A DNA stretch of 64,000 nt from Ruminococcus sp. (GTDB lineage: Bacteria; Bacillota; Clostridia; Oscillospirales; Acutalibacteraceae), in NCBI GenBank assembly GCA_017411835.1, contig JAFQPG010000005.1, positions 52,774 to 116,773 of the forward strand. The letters run 5' to 3'. A program made the translations under genes and the position numbers. Each line of letters begins with the position of its first letter. Positions within the stretch are counted from its first letter, which is position 1. Shown in pieces: positions 26,667-36,050 of this stretch. The notes under the pieces were generated by a model. It was given only the letters and a program-made list of their open reading frames with translations. It made no database searches and was not told where the DNA came from.

Positions 26667-27482
26667 TCAACCCTTAGTATAACGCTTTTTAAGCCATTTG
26701 GCTACACCATTTTTGATATTTGAGTCAATTATTTTTGTCGCTTTTTGTTTTAGCGAGTCCACCGCATTTTCAACAGCGTATGCTTCGTCTGCGATTAAGA
26801 ACATTTCAAGGTCGTTTATACCGTCACCAAACGCAACAATATAGTCACATTCCAAAAGCGTTGCAAGCTGTTTGACAGCGTTTGCTTTGGTAGCATTTTT
26901 AGGGGTTATTTCAAGCCAGTATTCATTTGAATACATATCACGCTGAAAATAGCATTTATACCTATCTTTGTACTTTTCGTACAACTTTTTGGTTTTATCT
27001 TCATCGCCGATAAGTGTAAAATAATAAATCTCGCCTGAATATAGCTCGTCGTTTGTTTTTACGGGGTGATTTCGTTTGTCAGTCTGGCGCTCATTTATAA
27101 AGTCTTTTGTCGGCTTGTTTATCTCGTCTTTTACATAAGAAAACTTTTGCTCACCGTCTATTAAAGAAAATACAACAGGGCTCAAGTCGTTTTGCAAAAT
27201 TTCTGATAAAAGCTCTTGCGCATCTGACTTTTCAAAAATGTTTTTTACTAAAATCTCACCATTTTTATCAACGATAAAGGTGCCGTTGTGGACGACCAAA
27301 GGATGAAAAAACTCCAAGCCGTTTGTGACCTTTTTTGTTGTGACAAAGGAGCGAGCCGTCGCAAAGGTGATGGTCATACCCGCTTTGTTCAGAGCATTTA
27401 TGATAGCGTTTGTATATTCACTTGTTTTTGGTGTTTTGTCAAGCAAGGTGCCGTCGAGGTCCGACACAAAAAGTGTTTTCAT
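26667..27482 (-). CDS. Cof-type HAD hydrolase
   Basis: FVSDLDGTLL, TFATARS, ATKANA and AFGDGINDLEMF motifs. Confidence 0.93.
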   Translation of the reverse strand: MKTLFVSDLDGTLLDKTPKTSEYTNAIINALNKAGMTITFATARSFVTTKKVTNGLEFFHPLVVHNGTFIVDKNGEILVKNIFEKSDAQELLSEILQNDLSPVVFSLIDGEQKFSYVKDEINKPTKDFINERQTDKRNHPVKTNDELYSGEIYYFTLIGDEDKTKKLYEKYKDRYKCYFQRDMYSNEYWLEITPKNATKANAVKQLATLLECDYIVAFGDGINDLEMFLIADEAYAVENAVDSLKQKATKIIDSNIKNGVAKWLKKRYTKG

Positions 27483-27506
27483 TTTTTACCCCATAATAGC
27501 TTAATA

Positions 27507-29159
27507 TCAAAGTTTTTTCATATATATGTGACGCTTAAGTCCGCCGTACTTTTCTTTTGTTAAAACCTTTTTGTAGCCACAGCCTTCAAAAGTTTTGCAG
27601 CTAGGTATGTTTTTAGGCGAAACTGTCGCGAGCAAAATGTTGTATTTGTCGGTGTTTATGAGCTTTTCTGCGTAGTTTAGCATTTGTTTTTGCAAAGCTT
27701 TTCCCCTGTAGCGTGGATGCACAACAGCAGTTTCCATATGCGCAACACGTAAAAGCTCGCTTTTTTCTAAATTTATATCTCTGCCTAAGTTGTCATCTGA
27801 GTGGTGCGGGAATCTTAGTATAAGGTTTGCGATGATTTCGCTTTCTTTGTTGCAAGCGACAACACCGAGCCCGTTTTCTTCTATATGACTTTTTATAAAC
27901 TGCAAATCGTCGCAGACATAAATCGACTTATCTTCAAGGTTATCATAAACATAACGCATCAAATTAGCGATTTTTTCTGCATCAGTTTTTTTGGCAATTC
28001 TAAGCATTGTATCAGCTTTAGTAAGCAAAGCGATACTTTCGACGTGGTTTGTGTGTGGGAACATATCGACAGGCTGAATGTGCAAAACCTTGTAGCCGTT
28101 TGCTTTTAAAAATCTTATATCTCGGCTTTGGGTTTCAACATTGCAGGAAATATATACGACCTTTTGTATATCCATATCAATAACTGATTGCAGAAATTCT
28201 TTGCTGCAACCGCTTCTCGGCGGGTCAACAAAGGCGACATCGATTTTTATGTTTTCATTTTTCAGCGACTGTATATAGTCTTTTGCATCAGCACAAACAA
28301 ATTCAATGTTTTTAACTAAATTGAGTTTTGCATTTTTCTTAGCATCTTTGATTGCATCTTCGTTTGATTCAACCGCTAAAACAGTTTTTGCTTTATCAGA
28401 CAAGCAGATGCCGATTGTACCAACACCGCAGTAGCTGTCGAGTACCGTTTGTGTACCGTCTAAGTCTGCAAGCTCGATTGCTTTATTATAAAGCTTTTGA
28501 GTTTGCACAGGGTTAATCTGGTAAAAAGACTGCGGTGAAATTATAAAGGTTTTGCCACACAGCACGTCTGTGATATAGCCCTCACCGTATAAAACATCCT
28601 GTGTCTTGCCAACAAAGAGCTTTTTGCGGTCTTTGTTTACGGTCGTGACGATAGTCGTGATGTATGGATGGTTTTTTAAAAGTGCGGAAACAAAGGTCTT
28701 TTTAGCAGGGAAAATAGCGTCAGCACCATTTATGATGACCATACATTCTTTGCTGGAAAATCCCTCGCGCACGACAACGCTTTTTAAAAAGCCTGTACCC
28801 TTATACGGGTCATAGATAGAAATTTTAAAGCTTTTAAAAAGCTTGCACAAGGTATTAAAAATCTCATTTGAGTGCTGAGTATGGAGTCTGCAATTTGTTG
28901 TAACGACTACGGAATTGGTAGTAGATTTATAAAGTCCCCATACTATACTTTTATCACGCTGTACTTTAAAAACAGCTTGCGCTTTATTTCGGTAGGAAAA
29001 AGGAGTTTTCATACCGATGATTGGCTCGACTTTAGCAAAAGAGCCTAAAAATTTTCTACACTTTGACTGTTTGAATTTTAACTGCTCTGAATACGAGAGA
29101 TTATTAAGTTGGCAGGAATTGCATTTTTTTGCAATATTACAGTTTAATTTGACGTCCAT
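27507..29159 (-). CDS. rlmD: 23S rRNA m5U methyltransferase (RlmD/RlmC family, no TRAM domain) fused to a C-terminal GNAT domain
   Basis: CxxxxxCxxC Fe-S motif, YRNKAQ, SFYQIN, DSYCGVGTI, VDPPRSG, YISCN, DMFPHTNHVE; then AVVHPRYRGKAL...ATVSPKNIPS GNAT motifs. Confidence 0.88.
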   Translation of the reverse strand: MDVKLNCNIAKKCNSCQLNNLSYSEQLKFKQSKCRKFLGSFAKVEPIIGMKTPFSYRNKAQAVFKVQRDKSIVWGLYKSTTNSVVVTTNCRLHTQHSNEIFNTLCKLFKSFKISIYDPYKGTGFLKSVVVREGFSSKECMVIINGADAIFPAKKTFVSALLKNHPYITTIVTTVNKDRKKLFVGKTQDVLYGEGYITDVLCGKTFIISPQSFYQINPVQTQKLYNKAIELADLDGTQTVLDSYCGVGTIGICLSDKAKTVLAVESNEDAIKDAKKNAKLNLVKNIEFVCADAKDYIQSLKNENIKIDVAFVDPPRSGCSKEFLQSVIDMDIQKVVYISCNVETQSRDIRFLKANGYKVLHIQPVDMFPHTNHVESIALLTKADTMLRIAKKTDAEKIANLMRYVYDNLEDKSIYVCDDLQFIKSHIEENGLGVVACNKESEIIANLILRFPHHSDDNLGRDINLEKSELLRVAHMETAVVHPRYRGKALQKQMLNYAEKLINTDKYNILLATVSPKNIPSCKTFEGCGYKKVLTKEKYGGLKRHIYMKKL

Positions 29160-29281
29160 AATTTACCTACCTTTGTTATTTTGAGGTCTTTACTACAGTA
29201 TTCTAACATATATTATAGCACTTTTGCAATTTGCAGAAAATATGACTTGATAATTACATCTGCAAATTATATAATTGAGCT

Positions 29282-30532
29282 ATGAAAGAATTTAAAGTAA
29301 TGCGAAAACGCAGACACAGAAGAGTCTCAAAAGACGCTCGTCGTCGCAACAGGGCACTTGCAATTATCTCGATGGTTTTGTGTGCGGTTGTGCTTGTGGG
29401 CGGGGTGTGCGCTCTTTGCTTTAAGTATCTGGCTTTAAACGAAGAGGTGCAACATCAGGCTTTTGAGCCTTGCGTTATTGAAAATGAGCAAACTACAACT
29501 TTAATAATGAAAACAGGTCAGACCAGTATGCTGACAGTACCGATTGAAGAAGATAAGCTCATAGAGCTTGAGTTTGTCAGCGATAATCCTGACGTATTGA
29601 CTGTCGACAGCGGTGGCAGAGTAGACGCCATAAAAGAGGGTGTTGCAACGGTAACGGCATACTCGCGCGATTTTACGGGTATGTGCACAGTGACTGTTGA
29701 AAAAGCACAGGAAGCAGAAAGCAAATCTAAGTTTACAACAGCGTATATCGCAAATCTTGATATCGTTAAAGAAAACAAAAAAGATGCTTCACAAAATCTT
29801 TACAGCGTTACTGTTAACCGCAGGACTAATACGGTGACTGTTTACACCTATGACGAAAAAGGTGATTACGTCATACCTGTCAGAGCAATGGTATGCTCGT
29901 GTGGTGAGTTTACTGACGAAAATATCACTCCTGTGGGCGAGTACTCGGTGTATATGAAGAATCGATGGCACGGTTTGTTTGGTGATGTGTACGGTCAGTA
30001 TATCACAGGCTTTTCGGGGCATTATCTTTTCCACTCTGTACCGTATTTGAAGACTTCTGAAAACACATTGAAGTCTGACGAGTTCAACAAGCTCGGCACT
30101 AATGCGTCGCAGGGTTGTGTTCGACTTATGGTTGCTGATGCAAAATGGATATACGATAATATCGACATATACACCTCTGTTGAGGTTATAGATAAAACGT
30201 CCGGTAGCGACCCATTGGGCACACCGCCTGCGATAAAGGTCGACACAGACATCAAATGGGACCCGACTGACCCACACAGAAAAAACCCTTATAATGAAAA
30301 AGCTCCGCAGATAATCGGTCCAAAGGATATCACCATTGCTAAAAACACCGATTATGAGCCTAAGGTAAAAGCACTTGATACCTGCTCAAATGACATTACT
30401 GATAAAATGACAGTAACAGGAAATGTTATAACAAGCAAAGCAGGCCAGTATCTCGTTACTTATTCTGTCACAGATGATTTAGGTAAAACTGCAGAAACTA
30501 CGATTACTGTTACAGTTAAAGATGAAGAATAA
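29282..30532 (+). CDS. L,D-transpeptidase with Ig-like (Big_2 and DUF5011-like) domains
   Basis: TM anchor, Ig-like SDNPDVLTVDSGGRV, YkuD core TPVG...LFHSVPY...ASQGCVRL, C-terminal YLVTYSVTD. Confidence 0.9.
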   Translation: MKEFKVMRKRRHRRVSKDARRRNRALAIISMVLCAVVLVGGVCALCFKYLALNEEVQHQAFEPCVIENEQTTTLIMKTGQTSMLTVPIEEDKLIELEFVSDNPDVLTVDSGGRVDAIKEGVATVTAYSRDFTGMCTVTVEKAQEAESKSKFTTAYIANLDIVKENKKDASQNLYSVTVNRRTNTVTVYTYDEKGDYVIPVRAMVCSCGEFTDENITPVGEYSVYMKNRWHGLFGDVYGQYITGFSGHYLFHSVPYLKTSENTLKSDEFNKLGTNASQGCVRLMVADAKWIYDNIDIYTSVEVIDKTSGSDPLGTPPAIKVDTDIKWDPTDPHRKNPYNEKAPQIIGPKDITIAKNTDYEPKVKALDTCSNDITDKMTVTGNVITSKAGQYLVTYSVTDDLGKTAETTITVTVKDEE

Positions 30533-30533
30533 A

Positions 30534-30563
30534 AAAAGGCGACTCAAATCGAGTCGCCTTTTA
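30534..30563. terminator. Bidirectional terminator
   Basis: AAAAGGCGACTC-aaatc-GAGTCGCCTTTT. Confidence 0.85.
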
Positions 30564-30576
30564 ATTTTAAATTTTA

Positions 30577-31542
30577 TTAAGATACATAGCCTACTGTTGT
30601 TTCTTCTACAGTTTGTTCTTCGTCCGGTGTGGCTTCATCTTCAGTAGCTTTTTTACCAAACATAAAGTTTATCATATTGTAGCACAGGTCTTCGTAGGTT
30701 CTGCCCTGACGGGATAAATCAGACAGCTTAACCTGATATGTGTTGCCGTTTGTTAAAGCGTCTATAGCAGCAAGTTTATCGTCAGCATTTAATAGGTTAA
30801 GCACATTTTCGTCACTATAGAAAATGTATGCAGGTGTGCCGATTTTTAATTGCTCGAGGTCAACTTCAGATTTTTCCTGCTCTGAAAAAATATTAGTAGC
30901 ACCGCAATGTGAGAAAAACTCGTGTTGTATAGTGCCCTTTGTAAGAGTGCACAGAGTACCGTTTTCATCAACATACAGGTAGCAGGCGGTTTTAACTACA
31001 TTGCTTGGAATAGCATTTTCAAAGTCAGAAAATGTAGTCATAAGCTCGTCATAAGCACCCTCACCTGTTGCTCTGCCACTAACGTTACCGCCGAGCGCCG
31101 CACCAAGCTGAGCGTATAAAGTCTTAAGGTTTTCAAAAGAGTCTGCTCTTTTAAGTGTGATTACAGGAATCTGAGCTTGATCTAAAGCATTTTTAGTGTT
31201 TTTTGAAACCGAAGCTTCAGTAATAACGAGGTCAGCTTCACTAGCAATGATAGCTTTAACATCAGGACTTTGCGCAGAGCCTACAGAAGGCACGATAGAC
31301 AAAAACTCCTGATCACATTCAATGCTTCTGCCGACCATTTTAACGTCATAGCCCATATATGAAATGACATCAGCAAGACAATCAGACAAAACGACTATGT
31401 TAAGTGGTTCTTCTTCAATAGTGACATCCCCGATAGTAACAGGGTACTCGTCATTTTTTGCGTCTTTACATGAGCAAAGACACAAAGTCATAGCGATAAT
31501 CAGACAAACACAAAGGAAAAGCGAAATACTTTTTTTGAACAT
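30577..31542 (-). CDS. ABC transporter substrate-binding lipoprotein (iron-siderophore/B12 type III)
   Basis: Lipobox LCSC; YPVTIGDVTIEEEPLNIVVLS; PSVGSAQSPDVKAIIASEADLV. Confidence 0.82.
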   Translation of the reverse strand: MFKKSISLFLCVCLIIAMTLCLCSCKDAKNDEYPVTIGDVTIEEEPLNIVVLSDCLADVISYMGYDVKMVGRSIECDQEFLSIVPSVGSAQSPDVKAIIASEADLVITEASVSKNTKNALDQAQIPVITLKRADSFENLKTLYAQLGAALGGNVSGRATGEGAYDELMTTFSDFENAIPSNVVKTACYLYVDENGTLCTLTKGTIQHEFFSHCGATNIFSEQEKSEVDLEQLKIGTPAYIFYSDENVLNLLNADDKLAAIDALTNGNTYQVKLSDLSRQGRTYEDLCYNMINFMFGKKATEDEATPDEEQTVEETTVGYVS

Positions 31543-31660
31543 AGGATTACCTCCAACGTGTATTATATGATATTATTCTACAAAATTTGAGCCATATAGT
31601 CAAATGAATATGAAAAAGTTTACGATAATTTTAAAAAATAAAAAAAAATATAAAAAAGAC

Positions 31661-31689
31661 TTGCATTTTTAAAATTGTGGTGATATAAT
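31661..31689 (+). promoter_or_regulatory. Strong sigma-A promoter with extended -10 and A-rich UP element
   Basis: TTGCAT-N17-TATAAT, with TG at -15/-14 and A tracts at 31630-31658. Confidence 0.8.
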
Positions 31690-31714
31690 AACGGAGTTGC
31701 TTGATTAAGCGACA

Positions 31715-31830
<116 letters not shown>

Positions 31831-31843
31831 ATAAAGAGAGCTT

Positions 31844-31870
31844 CCACCCAATAGGGTGGTTGTTTTTTTT
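31844..31870 (+). terminator. 5S rRNA terminator
   Basis: CCACCC-aata-GGGTGG followed by a T run. Confidence 0.8.
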
Positions 31871-31890
31871 CTAAAGAAAAGTAGCCATTA

Positions 31891-31925
31891 AAAAGCACTC
31901 AAAGGGTTATCCTTTGAGTGCTTTT
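31891..31925 (-). terminator. htrA operon terminator
   Basis: AAAAGCACTCAAAGG-gttat-CCTTTGAGTGCTTTT. Confidence 0.88.
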
Positions 31926-31930
31926 GCTTT

Positions 31931-33652
31931 TTAGTATTTAAGTCTGTAAAGTGTAATGGTGACCTCATCGCCATCTTTGTGGTCTTCTAAAACAGCGTAG
32001 ATTTCCTGAAATGTTGTGACCTCTACACCGTCAATTTCGGTGATAATATCGAATTCCTGCACCTTTGTATCAGCAAGCGGGCCGTCTTCATCGATTTCGG
32101 TGATAAGCACGCCGTATGGTACATCGTAAGAGTATGCCATCTCTTCGTCAACCTCACGACCTAAAAGTCCGAGCCTTACGCGGTCTTTGACATAGCCGTA
32201 TTTAATAAGGTCATTTGCGATGTCTTTTACTAAAACGCTTTCAATAGCAAAGCCCATACCCTCGTACTCAGCAGATGCGATTTTTGCAGTATTTATGCCG
32301 ATAACCTGACCGTAGATATTGCAAAGCGGTCCACCTGAGTTGCCTGGATTAATTGCGGCATCAATCTGAATGTATTTAACATTTGCATTTAAAAGCAACT
32401 CTCTATCAACTGCAGAAACAATACCTTTTGTCAAGGAGTTTTTAAAGCTTGTGCCACCCGGATTGCCGATAGCAACGATGTCCTGACCTACTTCGACATC
32501 TGATGAGTCAGAAAACTTTGCGTAAGAAAGGTTTTCAGCGTCAATTTTCAGCACCGCAAGGTCGGTTCTCGTATCATAGCCGACAACCTTTGCGGTGTAT
32601 TCGTCAGCATTGTTTAAAATAACGTTGATGGTGTATGCTTTAGTGTCGCCGATAACGTGGCTGTTAGTGACGATATATCCATCTTCTGAAATGATAGTTC
32701 CGGTGCCCTCGCTCATAATATCAAACGGGTCGTCGGTGATTTTATCCTCGTAGCACAAGATGCTTACAACGCTATCGCAAACAGCATTAAAAGCACTTTG
32801 GGTTGTATATTTCTTGTTGTCCTTGTCTTTAGGGAGTTTTTCAAACTCAATGCCCTTTGCGTCTTTATCAGGCGGATATGAATCCTTGTCGCCTTCTTTT
32901 ACCTGGGTTTTGCCTTCGTCAGCCTGAAGGGTGATTTCTTCCTTAATAGTTTCGCCGTCGTATGAAGGACCTAAGTCGAATGGATAAGAGTCTTCGTAAT
33001 ACTCGTCATAGTAATCGTAGGTTGGCTCTTGCGCATAGCCTGAAAGCGGGTTATCAGAAGCATCGCTTTTAGTTCCGCTTCCAAAAAGAAGGGCAGAACA
33101 GCTTACAAAAAAGCCGAGCATAAATAATATAAGAAAACCTATCAGTACGCCGATGAGCACCTTTGTGCTTTTCGGTGTTTTTGGTTTTTGCGGTGCATTT
33201 GGTGTTTGCACAGCATAAGGGTTGTAGTTTGGATTTTGCGGATATTGCTGAGGCTGTTGATAACCGGATGTATAGTACTGCTGTGTATTATATGGTGGCT
33301 GGTTGTTATACACAGGCTGTTGGTATGGCTGTGTATATTGTCCTCTTTGAACACCTGCTTGTTGCTGTGGATAGTAAGAAGCGTAAGGGTAGCCCTGCTG
33401 ATAGTAAGGTGTAGCCTGCTGTGGCACTTGATAAGGCGGTTGCACCCCAGTAGCACCTGAGTTTTCAGCTTTGCTTTCGATGTTTTCAAAAACATCTGTG
33501 ACTGTACCAGCATCAGCCTTATTTTCGGTTACTTTAGCGTCATTAATAGCTGAAACCTGTGTAGTATCAGCATCAGCAGTATCAGCCTTTATATCCTGTT
33601 CTATCGGCGCATATTCATCTATCGGATTGAATCCGTCTTTAATTTCGTCCAT
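31931..33652 (-). CDS. htrA: HtrA/DegP-like serine protease with PDZ domain
   Basis: Triad IVTNSHV, TDLAVLK, GNSGGPL; Q/P/Y-rich cytoplasmic N-terminus, TM helix, C-terminal PDZ. Confidence 0.92.
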   Translation of the reverse strand: MDEIKDGFNPIDEYAPIEQDIKADTADADTTQVSAINDAKVTENKADAGTVTDVFENIESKAENSGATGVQPPYQVPQQATPYYQQGYPYASYYPQQQAGVQRGQYTQPYQQPVYNNQPPYNTQQYYTSGYQQPQQYPQNPNYNPYAVQTPNAPQKPKTPKSTKVLIGVLIGFLILFMLGFFVSCSALLFGSGTKSDASDNPLSGYAQEPTYDYYDEYYEDSYPFDLGPSYDGETIKEEITLQADEGKTQVKEGDKDSYPPDKDAKGIEFEKLPKDKDNKKYTTQSAFNAVCDSVVSILCYEDKITDDPFDIMSEGTGTIISEDGYIVTNSHVIGDTKAYTINVILNNADEYTAKVVGYDTRTDLAVLKIDAENLSYAKFSDSSDVEVGQDIVAIGNPGGTSFKNSLTKGIVSAVDRELLLNANVKYIQIDAAINPGNSGGPLCNIYGQVIGINTAKIASAEYEGMGFAIESVLVKDIANDLIKYGYVKDRVRLGLLGREVDEEMAYSYDVPYGVLITEIDEDGPLADTKVQEFDIITEIDGVEVTTFQEIYAVLEDHKDGDEVTITLYRLKY

Positions 33653-33655
33653 TGT

Positions 33656-35200
33656 TTAGTCCTCCGGTTTTATATTTGCGGTAGTATCGATATATTTGCT
33701 CTGCTGATTCTTTTCACTCTGCTTTTTAAACATAGGCAGCTTGAAGGTGAAACGACAGAACACGTCCGGCTCTGACTCAACAAATATATGTCCACCATGC
33801 AATCTCACTATTGATTTAGTGATGAAAAGACCAAGTCCCATACCTTTTTTATCAATACTTCTGGACTTGTCAGTTTTATAAAATCTGTCAAAAACATAGC
33901 GAATATCTTCAGGCGGGATACCCGGACCACTGTTTTCAATAGAAACAGTAAGGTCGTATTTGGTTTCTATAGCTGAAAATGCTATGTAGCCACCCTCGTT
34001 TGTAAATTTGACAGCGTTTTCAATAAGATTATATATGACCTGATGCATTAAGTCAGGGTCAGCGTTGATTTTAAGCTTTTCAAAATTTTCAAGACCTCTG
34101 ATGTCGATATTCTTTTCAGAGATTTTAAGCTCAAAGCCTGCAAGCACATTGACGATAACAGAGAACATCTCAAAATCTTGCTTGTTAAGTTTTAACTCGC
34201 CGTTATCAATTCGTGACAATGATAGCATTGACTGAACTAAACGAGATAAACGCTTAACCTCCAAAGAAACAATGTTCATATAGTGCTTATGCTGAGAAGG
34301 TGGGATAGTTCCGTCGAGCATACCATCGATAAAACCTGCGATTGTAGTCATCGGGGTTTTGAGCTCGTGAGAAACATTTGCGATAAAGCTGCGTCGCATA
34401 CCCTCACTTGCAGTTAATGAGTCAGCCATATGATTAAATGCTAAAGCGAGCTCACCAACCTCATCATTGCTGACCTGAGATACTCTGGTAGAAAAATCGC
34501 CGACAGCAAATTTCTTTGCCGCACGTGACATCTGTCGCAGTGGCTTTGACAAGTTGTAGCTGAAAAGACCAACCAAGATAATAGAAATGAGCATAGTGAT
34601 AATCGCGGAAACTAAGAATATTCGCATCATTGCCATAGTAAGACCTGCAACAAAAGCTGACTTAGTCGATACATAGCAGAAAGCGACGGTCTCCTCAAGC
34701 CCTGCTTCGTTGAGCTTTATAGGCGCACCGGCGGTATAGTAAGTATCATCGTAAAAACCCGAGAGTGTGCCAAACTCAAAGAAATTACTATTGACAGTTT
34801 GTCCCAGTATTTCAGAAGATATAACTCTGTCTTTATGTGTGCAGTCATTTACATCGGCACAGTATATAAGCTTTCCTTTATTGTTTACGACAAATATTTC
34901 TGCATCAATACTATTTGAGATAGTGGACATCGTAGCTGAAAACAGCTGAGGGTCTTCTACTACTATAGTATGATTAGCGGTGTTGTAATTAGAAAGCAAA
35001 ACGATAGTTGATGCAACCTGATTTGCGTTTTCTATGAGGTTTTCTTTTTTTTCATTTTCCCAGTAGTTGGCGACGAAAAAGAGCATAGTAACGCCAAGAG
35101 AAATCATACTGACTAAAATAATAGCAAGACTGATTATAAGATATCTCTGGAAAATTGAGCGACGCATAACAAACGTCGGCTTTTTAACCCTTGACTTCAA
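33656..35200 (-). CDS. HAMP-domain sensor histidine kinase
   Basis: 2 TM helices, HAMP, FIANVSHELKTPMT (H box), NLIENAVKF, NSGPGI, FDRFYKTD, GMGLGL. Confidence 0.95.
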   Translation of the reverse strand: MKSRVKKPTFVMRRSIFQRYLIISLAIILVSMISLGVTMLFFVANYWENEKKENLIENANQVASTIVLLSNYNTANHTIVVEDPQLFSATMSTISNSIDAEIFVVNNKGKLIYCADVNDCTHKDRVISSEILGQTVNSNFFEFGTLSGFYDDTYYTAGAPIKLNEAGLEETVAFCYVSTKSAFVAGLTMAMMRIFLVSAIITMLISIILVGLFSYNLSKPLRQMSRAAKKFAVGDFSTRVSQVSNDEVGELALAFNHMADSLTASEGMRRSFIANVSHELKTPMTTIAGFIDGMLDGTIPPSQHKHYMNIVSLEVKRLSRLVQSMLSLSRIDNGELKLNKQDFEMFSVIVNVLAGFELKISEKNIDIRGLENFEKLKINADPDLMHQVIYNLIENAVKFTNEGGYIAFSAIETKYDLTVSIENSGPGIPPEDIRYVFDRFYKTDKSRSIDKKGMGLGLFITKSIVRLHGGHIFVESEPDVFCRFTFKLPMFKKQSEKNQQSKYIDTTANIKPED

Positions 35201-35873
35201 ATTTATAGCCTACTCCCCAGACGGTGCGAAGCTCCCATTTATCGGAAACACCGTCGATTTTTTCTCTGATTCTTTTAACGTGGACATCTACGGTACGGCT
35301 GTCGCCGTAGTACTCAAAGCCCCATACCTGGTCAAGCAACTGGTCGCGGGTGAAAACCTTGTTCGGGTTAGAAGCAAGGTGATATAAAAGCTCCATCTCC
35401 TTAGGTGGAGTGTCAACAGCCTCGCCGTTTACCTTGAGCTCGTAGTTTGTCAAATTGATTGACAGCTTGTCCCAGTTGACTTCTTTTACTGCTTCCTCTT
35501 CGTTTACTGAGGTACGTCTTAAAACCGCACGAACTCTTGCGACAACCTCTTTAGCCTCAAATGGCTTGACAACATAGTCGTCAGCGCCGAGCTCAAGACC
35601 CAAGATTTTATCGAAAACCTCGCCTTTGGCAGTAATCATAATGATAGGACAGTCAGAGGTTTTACGGATTTCTCTGCAAACCTGCCAGCCATCGAGCTTT
35701 GGAAGCATAATATCAAGCAGAATAAGGTTAGGCTGTTCTTTATTGAAAAGCTCTACAGCCTGTTCGCCATCGTGTGCAAGAATTGCGCTATAGCCTTCTT
35801 TTTCAATATAAAGACGTAGCAATTCGCAGATATTAGTATCGTCATCGACAATGAGAATTTTACCATTTACCAT
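35184..35873 (-). CDS. OmpR/PhoB-family response regulator
   Basis: ILIVDDD, LLDIMLP (phospho-Asp), GADDYVVKPF, RTVDVHVKRIREK, TVWGVGYKF. Confidence 0.96.
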   Translation of the reverse strand: MVNGKILIVDDDTNICELLRLYIEKEGYSAILAHDGEQAVELFNKEQPNLILLDIMLPKLDGWQVCREIRKTSDCPIIMITAKGEVFDKILGLELGADDYVVKPFEAKEVVARVRAVLRRTSVNEEEAVKEVNWDKLSINLTNYELKVNGEAVDTPPKEMELLYHLASNPNKVFTRDQLLDQVWGFEYYGDSRTVDVHVKRIREKIDGVSDKWELRTVWGVGYKFEVKG

Positions 35874-36050
35874 TTAAATCCCTCCATTAAAGGCTAATTT
35901 AATTCAGGTTAATTATAATACAAAATTCACCATAAAAATGAATAAATTAATAACAAAGCGTGTAGTTTTTTTGAAAATTAAAGGCTGTCCTGATGGACAG
36001 CCTAAAAAAAGCGGGTTATGACTTAAGGCTGTATGCTAAGTCAAGTATGT

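Noticed and set aside
33150-33480. Repetitive CAG/TAT-rich tract
   Set aside because: It encodes the Q/P/Y-rich low-complexity N-terminus of HtrA; the overlapping ORFs in other frames are shadows
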